Shown here one piece after another: positions 41,730-51,372 of a stretch of DNA of 64,000 nucleotides. Location of the stretch: assembly GCA_963668695.2 (NCBI GenBank), contig CAXXLQ010000004.1, positions 2,592,001 through 2,656,000 of the forward strand. Reading direction: 5' to 3'. The notes below the pieces were generated by a model. That model saw only the letters and a list, made by a program, of their open reading frames with translations. It made no database searches and was not told the DNA's origin. This stretch comes from Vicinamibacteria bacterium. Its GTDB lineage: Bacteria; Acidobacteriota; Vicinamibacteria; Marinacidobacterales; Marinacidobacteraceae. The translations under genes were made by a program, and so were the position numbers. Within the stretch, counting starts at the first letter, position 1, and the number at the start of each line of letters is the position of its first letter.

Positions 41730-42842
41730 TCAGGGCTCCGGAGTGTGTTCCAGCGCCGCCTCGGCGAGGCGCCGGGCGGCTTCGGCGAGACCTTCGGCGT
41801 TTTGGACGTTCGAGAACACGGCGACTGCCGCTCCCCGTTCGGGAAGGCGGAGCAGACGCGTGGAGCCGCCGGTAGCGCCTCCCGAGTGGGCGACCCAGGT
41901 GCCCATCTCATCGGTGGAGATCCGCCAGCCCAGCGCGTACTCACTCATGGTCCCATCGGCGAGCTGATACGGCGTCGTCATCCGGGCATGGACATCGGCC
42001 GGGAGGATCGTCTCGGCATCGAGCGCGAGCGCGAAGCGGACGAGATCGGGGGCCGTGGAGATCATTCCGCCGCCGGCCCACTTGATGGAGAGATCCGCGA
42101 ACGGAGCGTTCAGAACGCCGGCGGCGTCCTCCCGCTTCACGTACTGGCGCACCCGACTCGGGACGATGTCACCCTGGTGCTCCAGGTACGTGACCTCCAT
42201 CCCCGCCGGTCCCCAGACGTTTTCCTGCAGGTAGTCGTCGAAGCTCTGTCCCGACACGTTCTCGACGATGCCGGCCACGATGTTCCAGGCGTAGGAGGAA
42301 TAGCTGTATTGCGTCCCGGGCTCGAAGACGAGCGGGTCGTCCTTGAAGATCTCGATGGCGGCCTCGATCGTGTCGAAATGGTCCTTCATGTCCATCTCGC
42401 CCGGGTTGTAGTGGCGGATGCCCGAGGTGTGCGTCATCAGATGGCGGACCGTGATCGGAAACTCCTTCTCGGGAAAGGCCGGGAAGTAGGTCTGAACCTC
42501 GGCGTCGAGGTCGACGGCGCCCTGGTCCACGAGCTGCATCATCGCGGTACCGGCGACGGGCTTCGAAACGGAAGCGATGCGGTACACGCTGTCCGCGGTT
42601 GCCGGCACCCCGTTCTCGACGTCGGCGAGTCCCGACGCGCCGCTCCAGATCAACTCTCCGTTCACTGCCACCGCGGCGGAGAGGCCGGGGCTGCCGGCGG
42701 TGTCCCGGGCTTCCGCCACGATCGCCATGAACGTCTCATCGAGCGTCGGCGCCGGTTCGGATCCGGCGCAGCCGGTGAGCAGCGCGAGGAGCAGAGCGGC
42801 CGGTGGCCACGGGTTCATATTCGGTAAAGCCGGGCGGTTCAT
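41730..42842 (-). CDS. Serine hydrolase (beta-lactamase family) lipoprotein
   Basis: Lipobox LLTGC, SVSK, LMTHTSG, YSYSS, HSGG. Confidence 0.9.
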   Translation of the reverse strand: MNRPALPNMNPWPPAALLLALLTGCAGSEPAPTLDETFMAIVAEARDTAGSPGLSAAVAVNGELIWSGASGLADVENGVPATADSVYRIASVSKPVAGTAMMQLVDQGAVDLDAEVQTYFPAFPEKEFPITVRHLMTHTSGIRHYNPGEMDMKDHFDTIEAAIEIFKDDPLVFEPGTQYSYSSYAWNIVAGIVENVSGQSFDDYLQENVWGPAGMEVTYLEHQGDIVPSRVRQYVKREDAAGVLNAPFADLSIKWAGGGMISTAPDLVRFALALDAETILPADVHARMTTPYQLADGTMSEYALGWRISTDEMGTWVAHSGGATGGSTRLLRLPERGAAVAVFSNVQNAEGLAEAARRLAEAALEHTPEP

Positions 42843-44056
42843 TGCTGTGCTCCTGGTGGGTTGTCGTCGGCGGTCAGGTGGGCGGTGACTTCCTCCCACA
42901 CCCGCTCGAAGTTGGCGCCGAGGATCCCCTCGACTTCATCACTGTCGAAACCGGCCTCGGCGAGCGCCTCGGCAATCGCTTCGAAGTTGGCTTCCTCGCC
43001 GAATCCTTCGCTGTAGGCGGACATCCCCCTCAGATCGCTCCCGATTCCCGCTGCGTCCATCCCCCCGAGGTCCGTAACGTAACGGATGTGCCGGGCCATG
43101 TCGGCGACGGTCGGGAGGAGACTCCCGTTCGGCCAGATCCCGATCACGCCTCCCGCCGCGGCGATCGCCTGGATTTCGGGATCGCGCAGGTTCCGGTCGG
43201 CCTCGCCGAGGGCAAACGCTCCGGTATGGCTGAAGATGACCGGAGCCCGGGAGAGCTCCAGCGTGTCCCGGATGGTCTCGGGATTCGCATGGGCGAGGTC
43301 AATGACGATGCCGAGCCGGTTGCACTCGCGAACCACCTCGCGCCCGAACTCGGTAAGCCCGCCGGGGGTGTAGGGCCACGTCTGGATGTGGCCCAGCCCG
43401 TTCGGCCGGAAATGCACGAGCTGCACCAGGGCGAGCCCCATTTCGTGGAGCTGGTGGAGCCGCCCGATCGCTCCCTCGAGCGAGTCCGCCCCTTCGAGCG
43501 CCGGAAGAATGCCGAGCACTCCCTCGGCGCGCGCCTTTCGGGCCTCGGCCGGGGTTCGCACGAAGACCGCGCGGCCCTCCGCCGCCGTGCGCGTCAACCG
43601 TTCGAAGCGGTCGAGGGTGTATTCCCAGGGTTCTGCGGGATCCGGGCGCCGGTTTCCGCTTTCGATCCGGGTTCCGTCGCGGAGCACGTAGCCGCCCCGG
43701 TACGGGGTGTCGGTGCTGATGGTGGCCACCACCGCGTCCATGCCCCGGTCGAGGTAGCGGGCGATCTCTTCGTCGCTGATCCGCGGCACGTTGGCGCGGT
43801 GGAACCGGGAGGGATGGGAGTGGAGGTCGATCCGGAGCGTTTCTTCACTCTGCCGGACCGTTTCTTCACTCTGCCGGACCGTTTCTTCACTCTGCCGGAC
43901 CGTTTCTTCACTCTGCCGGACCGTTTCTTCACTCTGCCGGACCGGGGCGCTCTCTCCCGGAGAGGTAGCGGCCGCCTCGGGTAGAGCTGTCCCAAAAGCG
44001 ACTCCCGGCGCCAGGGATACCAGGAAGCAAACGGCCGGCGGAAGCGAGCGCTTCAT
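42839..44056 (-). CDS. Membrane dipeptidase (peptidase M19)
   Basis: IDLHSH, LEGAD, IDLAHAN, SHTG, RNLRD, GIGSD. Confidence 0.9.
   Translation of the reverse strand: MKRSLPPAVCFLVSLAPGVAFGTALPEAAATSPGESAPVRQSEETVRQSEETVRQSEETVRQSEETVRQSEETLRIDLHSHPSRFHRANVPRISDEEIARYLDRGMDAVVATISTDTPYRGGYVLRDGTRIESGNRRPDPAEPWEYTLDRFERLTRTAAEGRAVFVRTPAEARKARAEGVLGILPALEGADSLEGAIGRLHQLHEMGLALVQLVHFRPNGLGHIQTWPYTPGGLTEFGREVVRECNRLGIVIDLAHANPETIRDTLELSRAPVIFSHTGAFALGEADRNLRDPEIQAIAAAGGVIGIWPNGSLLPTVADMARHIRYVTDLGGMDAAGIGSDLRGMSAYSEGFGEEANFEAIAEALAEAGFDSDEVEGILGANFERVWEEVTAHLTADDNPPGAQQ
43838..43942 (-). repeat. Perfect 21-bp x5 coding tandem repeat (VRQSEET)
   Basis: CGTTTCTTCACTCTGCCGGAC five times. Confidence 0.97.
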
Positions 44057-44159
44057 CCGATGACGTCCCGGCTCAGTTGGCGGCCTGTGACGAAGAGTCG
44101 CGCCCAGCATCGGATTGCGGCGCGGAGCGCCGCGGGGTCGGGTTTCCCTTCCCCACGGG

Positions 44160-45551
44160 CTATTGCTGCTGTTCGTCGGTCGTCTCCGACGGCAGCACCA
44201 CCCGGCCGACCCCGTCACGGATCTCGAGCTGCGTGCCGTAGGGCTCGGAGAGACGCACCACATCCTGAAGGATCTTGTCGGCGAGCGCTCCCTCGGCCAT
44301 CATCGGGCGGCCGCGAACGTGGCGCGGTTTGCCGTGATTCAGCGTGATCGGATGCAGCGTCAACTCCACCAATTGCCCACCGCTCCACTCGGGCACCGCG
44401 ATGACCGCCTCCCAGATCTCGGGGAGGGCCGGGAAGCCGGTGGTGTCGTTGTTGTAGCGCGCCTCGTTGAAGTCGGCGAGCCCGTCGGTCTCGCCAAGCC
44501 CGACCCCCGAGTAGTTCTCATAGGGCAGGCGCTGCAGCGTTTCGTTCTGGAACAGGAAGTCGCCGAGGCTGTAGAGGATCGGCGCTCCCTGGTAGATCTC
44601 GATCGCGCGCAGCGCGTGGGGTCCGTGCCCCACAAAGACCGAGGCTCCCGCATCCACCATCGCCCGGGCGAAGGTGACGAGGAACTGGGCGGGCACGAAG
44701 CGGCTGTCGGGGCCCGGCGCGCCCTCGTGGGCGTGGATGGTCACGATGACGTAGTCCGCCTGTCGGCTCGCGTTGTTCACCACCATGGCGATCTCCGCCA
44801 GATCCTCGGGATGCGGCTCGGTACGGACTCCCGGGGCATCCGCCAGTTCGAAGCGGTTGCGCAGGAAGTTCAGGCTCGTCCCCTCCGCGGGCGGGTTCAT
44901 CTTGAGGTCGCGCATGGTGGCGCGGATGCCCTCGAGCTGGTCCTTCGTGACCTCGTAGGTCCTGATGTGGCGCAGCGGATTCAATCCCGGCCGGGGCGGC
45001 ATGTCGTCGCGCGACTTGCCGGCCATCGCGTGGTTGGGGAAGGACGAGGAGAGCGAAATCAGCGCCACCCGGCCGTCCTTGGTCTCAACGAACTTGGCTT
45101 CGCGGGCCTCGGCGAGGCTTTGCCCCACTCCGGCAGCGACGATTCCGGCTTCCCTGATGTATTTTTCGGTCAGCAGCATGGCCGGCGGACCGAAATCTCC
45201 GGAGTGGTTGTTGGCCAGCGACCCCAGGTCGAACCCGGCCCACACGAATTCCTGCACGAGTTCGGGCTGGGCGCGCATGTAGGTGCCGCCGCTCGAACTC
45301 ATCGGGTAGGACTCGTAGTCGTGGAACAGCATTTCCACGTTGGTGAAGGCGAGGTCGGCATCCCGCAACAGGTCGATCATCCGGAGGAACTGGGGCTCCT
45401 CGTACACGCTCATCTTGCGGGTAATGATCGAATCGCCGGTGAGGGCCAGGGTGAAGCGGCTCTGTGCGAGGGCCTCGGCCGCGAGTCCAGCGGTCAGCGC
45501 CCCGGCGACGACGACGGCGAGAAAACGGGATTTCTTTGTTCTGTTGACCAT
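44160..45551 (-). CDS. CapA/PgsA family metallophosphoesterase-like protein
   Basis: LTGD, NVE, ANNHSGD, HAHE, GHGPH, YSLGDF. Confidence 0.9.
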   Translation of the reverse strand: MVNRTKKSRFLAVVVAGALTAGLAAEALAQSRFTLALTGDSIITRKMSVYEEPQFLRMIDLLRDADLAFTNVEMLFHDYESYPMSSSGGTYMRAQPELVQEFVWAGFDLGSLANNHSGDFGPPAMLLTEKYIREAGIVAAGVGQSLAEAREAKFVETKDGRVALISLSSSFPNHAMAGKSRDDMPPRPGLNPLRHIRTYEVTKDQLEGIRATMRDLKMNPPAEGTSLNFLRNRFELADAPGVRTEPHPEDLAEIAMVVNNASRQADYVIVTIHAHEGAPGPDSRFVPAQFLVTFARAMVDAGASVFVGHGPHALRAIEIYQGAPILYSLGDFLFQNETLQRLPYENYSGVGLGETDGLADFNEARYNNDTTGFPALPEIWEAVIAVPEWSGGQLVELTLHPITLNHGKPRHVRGRPMMAEGALADKILQDVVRLSEPYGTQLEIRDGVGRVVLPSETTDEQQQ

Positions 45552-45606
45552 GGACAGGGTCCTCCGCGGAAAACCCGAGTGTATGGCACCCGGGAACAAC
45601 GGGCCA

Positions 45607-45666
45607 GGAGCGCCGGCCAGTTCTCCCCCAGTTCTCCCCCGGTGGGGGCCTTCAGACCGGCATCGC
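45607..45666. repeat. REP-like hairpin interrupted by a stuttered 18-bp repeat
   Basis: GGAGCGCCGG-CCAGTTCTCC-CCCAGTTCTCCCCCGGTGGGGG-CCTTCAGACCGGCATCG. Confidence 0.75.
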
Positions 45667-45751
45667 CCCGCCTAGCGGGGCAAGACTCACGGTGCTGTTC
45701 GCGGTGATGACGCCACCGGGCAAGGAAAGCTGACCTCCCGGTCGCCGTTGG

Positions 45752-47203
45752 TCAGCGCCGGTAATCGAGCGGCGGCGGCCGGTCGCCCAGCAGCGGCTTG
45801 TACACGAAATCCGGTCCCCGCGCGGCGTTCAACTCGGCGAGCGCCGCGGTCAGGTAGGACGGATCCTGAAAGAGGTCGGCGCCGGTGCGCGCGAGCACCT
45901 GGGCGGCAAGATGCATGCCCTTCAGGCCGATGCTCGTTCCGCCGCAGGCGACCGCCTGCCAACTGTGCGCCGGCGTTCCCGGTACCCAGGTGGCAGTGCG
46001 GAACTGCGCGGTGGGAACCACCCAGCTCACGTCGGCCACGTCGGTCGAACCGCCCGCCGGCGTTCTCGCCCAGTCCATGACCTCCTCCTGGGAGCCGATC
46101 GGACGCGGTTGCTGCAGGTGCTTCTGGATTTCCTCGGCGAAAGCCCGCTCCTCGTCGGTGTAAGTGAAGCCGCCGACCGCCTTCATGTTCTTGAAGAGGA
46201 GCCGCCCGAGGTGCTCGTTCGGAAGGATGTTGTAGATCCCGTGGATCATCTCGTGCTCGACTTCGGTCTCGGTGCCGAGCGCCGCCGCGTCGGCGGTCTT
46301 CAGAATCCGCTCCCAGTTGGCGCGGGCCGTTTCCACCGAGGGATGGCGGTTGTAGTAATAGACCTCGGCGAAGTTGGGGACCACATTCGGGGCTTCGCCC
46401 CCCCGGGTGATCACGTAGTGGATCCGGCTGCGCTCATTGACGTGCTCGCGCATCATGTTCACCATGAAGTTCATGGCCTCCACCGCGTCGAGCGCCGATC
46501 GGCCCTGGTCCGGAGCTCCCGCCGCATGGGCGGAGACGCCCCGGAACCGGAACTTGGCCGACAGGTTGGCGAGCGAATCGCCCGGGCTCGCGTCGTTCCG
46601 GTCCCCGGGATGCCAGGCAAGCACGGCGTCCACGTCGGCAAAAAGACCCTCCCGGACCATGTACACCTTGCCGGCGCCGCCCTCTTCAGCGGGGGTGCCG
46701 TAGACGCGGATCCTTCCGGGCGTTCCCGACCGTTCGAGCCAGTCCCGGATTGCGAGTCCCGCGGCCACCGAGGCCGTCCCGAACAGGTGGTGACCGCAGG
46801 CATGCCCGGCGCCCACGCCTTCGCGCTCCATGGGTTCCGGGACGGCCGCCTGGCTCACGCCCGGCAGGGCGTCGAACTCGGCGAGGATGCCGATCACCGG
46901 GCTTCCCGATCCCCACTCGGCGACGAACCCGGTGGGCATCCCGGCGACCCCCGCTTCCACCGAGAAACCGCCGGCGGTGAGCTGTTCCTGGAGGAGGGTT
47001 GAACTCTGTTCCTCCTGGTAGCCCACTTCGGCCCAGTCCCAGATGCGAAGCGCCACCTCCTCGAAATCGGTGCGCTGGGCGTTCAGGAACCGGGAGACGA
47101 CGGCAGCGGCGTCCCCGCTCTGGGCGGCGGACAGCATCGGCAGGGAAAACACGGAAAACAGGACCAGGTTCAGCACACGGGCAACTCGCATCGGAACTCG
47201 CAT
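45752..47203 (-). CDS. M20 amidohydrolase (AbgB-like)
   Basis: EFDALPG, GHACGHH, GTPAEEGG, WHPG, GSTDVADVSW, PAHSWQ. Confidence 0.93.
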   Translation of the reverse strand: MRVPMRVARVLNLVLFSVFSLPMLSAAQSGDAAAVVSRFLNAQRTDFEEVALRIWDWAEVGYQEEQSSTLLQEQLTAGGFSVEAGVAGMPTGFVAEWGSGSPVIGILAEFDALPGVSQAAVPEPMEREGVGAGHACGHHLFGTASVAAGLAIRDWLERSGTPGRIRVYGTPAEEGGAGKVYMVREGLFADVDAVLAWHPGDRNDASPGDSLANLSAKFRFRGVSAHAAGAPDQGRSALDAVEAMNFMVNMMREHVNERSRIHYVITRGGEAPNVVPNFAEVYYYNRHPSVETARANWERILKTADAAALGTETEVEHEMIHGIYNILPNEHLGRLLFKNMKAVGGFTYTDEERAFAEEIQKHLQQPRPIGSQEEVMDWARTPAGGSTDVADVSWVVPTAQFRTATWVPGTPAHSWQAVACGGTSIGLKGMHLAAQVLARTGADLFQDPSYLTAALAELNAARGPDFVYKPLLGDRPPPLDYRR

Positions 47204-47316
47204 TGGGGGGCCTCCTCGGTCGGCGGGTGGGGTCTCGGAGCGGCTTTCGAGTGTACCCGGCTGCGGCGGCATTTCCGTTCTGTCGTAAGACTGGATCGGC
47301 GCGTTACAGTGGGCGC

Positions 47317-48300
47317 ATGACGATTGGAAAGACCCGATCAGCCTTGATGGTGGTTCTCATGCTGCTGTTCGCCGCCGTAGGGCAGGGTGATGACGTTGGT
47401 GCGAAGAACGGCACGCCGGCCGACGCAGAAGAGGCGAAGGAGGACATCAGGGAGCAACTCTCCGATTCCCTGGCAACGGACGCGACGACCGGGCTGCGGG
47501 GCGCGCTGGGGTTCTCGGTGGCCCCCGCGCAGAGCAACTACGGATCGTCCGGGATGCGGATCGAACTGTTCGGGCGCGTGGGTCTGCCGTTGCTCAACGT
47601 CTCGGCGGAGGACTCGGTCGGCTTCATGGGTGACCTGCCGGCTGGCGTGGAGGGCGGCGGGGGCACCATTTCCGCCTCCAGGCTCAGTTCGGAATTCGGT
47701 TGGGGCGTGGGAGCTCGCCTCATGTCGGGGAACTGGGGAATCGAAGGGAGCTACAACATCTTCGAGAGTCTCGATCTCACGCCGTCCTGGCTCGTCGCGG
47801 ATTCGAATGGAGCGACAGCGGAAGAAGCCGCACAGTTCGGCCAGCCGCTGGTGCCATCCCAGGCCCGACTGGTCCTCGGACAGGCCATCCGGGTCTTCCA
47901 GCTTGGGGGCGGCGCGGAGCTTTCCCTGGGGGTCGGCGCAGGGTGGCTCCAGGCGACCGATTCGGGAACGGATCTGCTGCTCTCCGGCGGGCCGTCCCAG
48001 TTCCCGTCGGAGGACCTCCCCATTCTGCCCGCCTTCGTTCCCGAGGTCGAATTCACCGCCGACCGGAAATCCGTGGTCTATGCCGGCTCGTTGGGAGTCG
48101 CGTTCCGTTTCGGCCGAATCATGCTTCGTCCCCGGGTTGACGTGGTGGTGTCCCGAGCCCTGACCACCGACCTGGCGATTGGGTTCGGGGACCTCGAGGA
48201 GTTGGGAGCGGAGGGGTTGGGTGAAGTCGGATTCCACTACGGCACGAGCGTGAAGCCGACCATCTTCCTCTTTTTGTTGGACATCGGCCTCGGGAACTGA
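47317..48300 (+). CDS. Exported hypothetical protein, probable outer-membrane beta-barrel
   Basis: Signal peptide, beta-strand pattern; paralogous to 48359..49237. Confidence 0.65.
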   Translation: MTIGKTRSALMVVLMLLFAAVGQGDDVGAKNGTPADAEEAKEDIREQLSDSLATDATTGLRGALGFSVAPAQSNYGSSGMRIELFGRVGLPLLNVSAEDSVGFMGDLPAGVEGGGGTISASRLSSEFGWGVGARLMSGNWGIEGSYNIFESLDLTPSWLVADSNGATAEEAAQFGQPLVPSQARLVLGQAIRVFQLGGGAELSLGVGAGWLQATDSGTDLLLSGGPSQFPSEDLPILPAFVPEVEFTADRKSVVYAGSLGVAFRFGRIMLRPRVDVVVSRALTTDLAIGFGDLEELGAEGLGEVGFHYGTSVKPTIFLFLLDIGLGN

Positions 48301-48358
48301 CCGGGGCGAGGGAGACGCCGCGGACCGCCGCAGCCTCCAGGCCGGCATTGGAGGAACC

Positions 48359-49237
48359 ATGCTTCGTCTGGCGATCCTGACCACCCTCCTGGCAATGATC
48401 CAGGCTGCTCCCGTCGGCGGTACCGAGGAGCCGAAACGGCGCCTACCCGATGTCCAGCCGGGCGAACCCACCGAGCCGCCCCGTTCATCGGATGGGGACA
48501 GTTCCTGGGAGATCCAGTTCGCCGGCCACGGTGGGCTTGCCGGGCTGATCTCGCGTGGAGAGGTCAGGCTTCTGATAGCGAGTGCCGCGAGCCCGGTCGA
48601 CGAGACCGTGGGCTACTCCCGCGAGGGGAGCTGGGGCGCCGGCCTGCGGGTGATTCGGGGAGGGTGGGGCCTCGAGGTCCAGCATCACCGCGTTGCCGGA
48701 CGGGGCTTCATGCCGGCCGCGATGGTGCGCGAAACCAATTGGCGCGGCGCGCAGGAACTGGCACTCACGGACTCAGCAAACGACCTCTTGAGCGCGTTTG
48801 CCGTCCGGGAGTTCTCCCTCCGCGATGAGCGGGTCAGGTTCTATCTGGCCGCGGGCGCCGGGTACCTGCTGATGGGAGGGGATTCCGGCCGGCTGGCGGT
48901 GAACGACATCCCGCCCGGGATTTCCGGAGCCTACGACTTCGGCGGGGAGTCCTCCGACGCCTCTATCGAGGTGGTCGGGGGTGACTTCCGCGCAGACCGC
49001 GGTGTCGCGATCTTCGGCGGTTCGCTGGGCCTCACTCTGAGGATGGGACGGATGTTCCTGCGCCCGCGGCTTGATGCGTTCGTCGGGCGGGCGCGGGATA
49101 CCGAGGAGAGTTGGGACATGCGGTTCACCTTCCCCGAGCGCGAGGTACCTGGCGGGGACACGATGACGCTCCACACCAGCGTTCGACCGAGGTTCCTGTT
49201 CTTCAGCGTGGATGTCGGCTGGTCGGTGGGAAGGTAG
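48359..49237 (+). CDS. Exported hypothetical protein, probable outer-membrane beta-barrel
   Basis: Shares WG.G.R, GSLG...R.GR..LRPR.D and TSV.P motifs with the upstream gene. Confidence 0.65.
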   Translation: MLRLAILTTLLAMIQAAPVGGTEEPKRRLPDVQPGEPTEPPRSSDGDSSWEIQFAGHGGLAGLISRGEVRLLIASAASPVDETVGYSREGSWGAGLRVIRGGWGLEVQHHRVAGRGFMPAAMVRETNWRGAQELALTDSANDLLSAFAVREFSLRDERVRFYLAAGAGYLLMGGDSGRLAVNDIPPGISGAYDFGGESSDASIEVVGGDFRADRGVAIFGGSLGLTLRMGRMFLRPRLDAFVGRARDTEESWDMRFTFPEREVPGGDTMTLHTSVRPRFLFFSVDVGWSVGR

Positions 49238-49247
49238 CGAAATAGGG

Positions 49248-50336
49248 GTGCCCCGCAAGAGGCGGGTGATTTCCGCGCGGCTCCTTTCGTATGCCGCTGT
49301 GGTCGCTTTGGTCGCGTCGCCTCTGCAGGCGTACCTCTTCTTCTCCGACACCGGCCGGCTGTGGGTGATGTCTTCGGAGCGGGCTGTCCGGTGGGAAAGA
49401 GACGCGTTTCCGCTGCGATTCCGCATTCTGGATACGGGCAACCTCCCCGAGTACGGGAACCTGACCCGCGAGAAATGGCGTGAGATCGTCCGAGCGGGAT
49501 TCGGCGCCTGGACCGCTGTCGAGACGGCGGACATCGGCATCGTTCTCGAAGACCTCCACATTGCTTCCATCCGGTCCGACGGGTCGGACAGGATCAACAC
49601 CATCGGGTTCGAGGTCGCTGAGGACCGCGGCTACCCGGCGTCCGCACTTTGGATTTACAGGGATGGCCGGATGCTCGAATGCGACATCCATCTTGATCCG
49701 ACGATCTTCGACAACTGGCCGCGAGATGATCCAGCGGTGCAGGAGTGGGCGGCTTACTTTCTCGAGGAGGTGGTCGCGCACGAGATGGGACACTGTCTAG
49801 GTCTGACTCACGCACCTGCAAACCCCGTTTGGCTCGGGCAAAGCGCAAACTCGGCGAACTGGCCTCCGGGTTTCCTTCCCGAGACGCTCGCCGGTCTTTC
49901 CTCCGACCCGCAGATGTCCATTGCCGCCAGCTACGGCGTCCCCCGACTGATGCCTGACGATCGGATCGGGGTGTCTCTCCTGTATCCGGCGCCCGGGTTC
50001 CTCGAGGAGCGCGGCTCCATCGGCGGGCGCGTCGCGTTTGCTGATGGTACGCCGGCAGCTTTTGTGTATGTCCAGGCGGTGGACTATGCCGCCGGGACGG
50101 CGGTCTTCGGTCCGGGCGCCTTCGCCGACGAACGGGGCCAGTTCCGAGTCGAGGGACTACCCCCCGGGCCGGTTCATCTCTGGGTGCGCCCGACCCGATT
50201 CTTCCCGGAGCAACCCGCCTTTCAGGATGCCGGAACGGCGGACATCCTGGACGAACACCGGTGGTTTTCCGTCCGGGCCGGGGTCGTGACCATCGTGCCG
50301 GAAATCACGGTGACCGCCGGCCGGAGCCCTCCATGA
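49248..50336 (+). CDS. Matrixin-like (metzincin) metalloprotease with a C-terminal carboxypeptidase-regulatory-like domain
   Basis: ECDIHL, HEMGHCLGLTH, Met-turn PQMS, DDRIGVSLLY, G.FRVEGLPPG. Confidence 0.85.
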   Translation: MPRKRRVISARLLSYAAVVALVASPLQAYLFFSDTGRLWVMSSERAVRWERDAFPLRFRILDTGNLPEYGNLTREKWREIVRAGFGAWTAVETADIGIVLEDLHIASIRSDGSDRINTIGFEVAEDRGYPASALWIYRDGRMLECDIHLDPTIFDNWPRDDPAVQEWAAYFLEEVVAHEMGHCLGLTHAPANPVWLGQSANSANWPPGFLPETLAGLSSDPQMSIAASYGVPRLMPDDRIGVSLLYPAPGFLEERGSIGGRVAFADGTPAAFVYVQAVDYAAGTAVFGPGAFADERGQFRVEGLPPGPVHLWVRPTRFFPEQPAFQDAGTADILDEHRWFSVRAGVVTIVPEITVTAGRSPP

Positions 50337-51283
50337 GGACAGCGCCGGCGCTGGCGTTGCTGGGGTTCCTGCTGGCCACTGCCGGATGCGGCTCCCCGAC
50401 GGCCCCGCCCGGTCGCTGGATTCCAGAGCCGTCACCGCCGCCGCCAGAGCGCTTCCTTGTACGGCTCGATGGAGTGTTCTATGCGCCTGGGTCGGTGATC
50501 GAATTGAGTCCCGGCAACCCGATCGAGATCGAGGTACTCGTTTATCCGAACACGAGTTTCCCGTTGGAAGGGCCCACTCCGAACTGGGCCGGCTTCGTCG
50601 TGGAGACCGACGCGCCGGCGGAGAGGCTCTTGATTCGCCGGTCGATTGCGTGGCGAGAGGTCTATGAGCGAGAGGACCCGGAGACGGGCGACCCGACGCA
50701 GGTAGGCGTAGCCGTCGGGATAATCCGCCTCGAAGCTCTCGAGTCAGGTGAAACCACGGATCCCGGAGAAGTCCACGAAGTCCGGATCGGCGCCCCGGCC
50801 GGCGGTTTCCCGGGCCCGCCCGAGATCGAGGTGGATACCACCCCGCTGCGGTTCCGGGTGGTCGCGCCGAGCCCCGCGATCTCGTGCGACGAACTGACCC
50901 TGACGGCTGCACCGGACCACCGATCAGGCGAGCCCGGAGGTTTCTTCCGGCGTCTGTTCGAGGACGCCGGGGAGTTCAATTCCGGAAGATTCACGCTCCG
51001 GGCGCCCGGCTTCGGGGCCGGGCTGCGTCTTGTCGCTCCTTACCGGTTCCGGGGTGGCGAGTTAACGGACACCGAGTGGGATCCCTCGGCGCAGCGGAAG
51101 ACGGACGAGATCGGATTTCCCTTCCTCTTCGCGGCGGGAATGAATCTGCGAGCGGTGGAAGGCGGCTTCGAGCAGACGTTCGAGCTCGGATGGTTCGACG
51201 AGCTGGAACTCGCAGCGCACGCGCCCGGGTGTGAACCCCGCCGCCTCCGCTGCGACACGCGCGGAAGCTGTTTCATGGACTGA
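50333..51283 (+). CDS. Hypothetical lipoprotein
   Basis: LLATAGC lipobox, Pro-rich linker, Cys-containing C-terminus; coupled to the protease stop. Confidence 0.75.
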   Translation: MRTAPALALLGFLLATAGCGSPTAPPGRWIPEPSPPPPERFLVRLDGVFYAPGSVIELSPGNPIEIEVLVYPNTSFPLEGPTPNWAGFVVETDAPAERLLIRRSIAWREVYEREDPETGDPTQVGVAVGIIRLEALESGETTDPGEVHEVRIGAPAGGFPGPPEIEVDTTPLRFRVVAPSPAISCDELTLTAAPDHRSGEPGGFFRRLFEDAGEFNSGRFTLRAPGFGAGLRLVAPYRFRGGELTDTEWDPSAQRKTDEIGFPFLFAAGMNLRAVEGGFEQTFELGWFDELELAAHAPGCEPRRLRCDTRGSCFMD

Positions 51284-51313
51284 CGCCTCGCAAGAGGCGG
51301 CGCCCAGCGGCGG

Positions 51314-51352
51314 AAAATAGAAAAGGCGCCGGCCCATGAGGGCCGGCGCCTT
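51314..51352 (-). terminator. Rho-independent terminator of the TonB receptor gene
   Basis: 13-bp stem AAGGCGCCGGCCC-ATGA-GGGCCGGCGCCTT with a T-rich tail on the minus strand. Confidence 0.85.
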
Positions 51353-51372
51353 GAAGGTGCTTGAGGGTGTGC

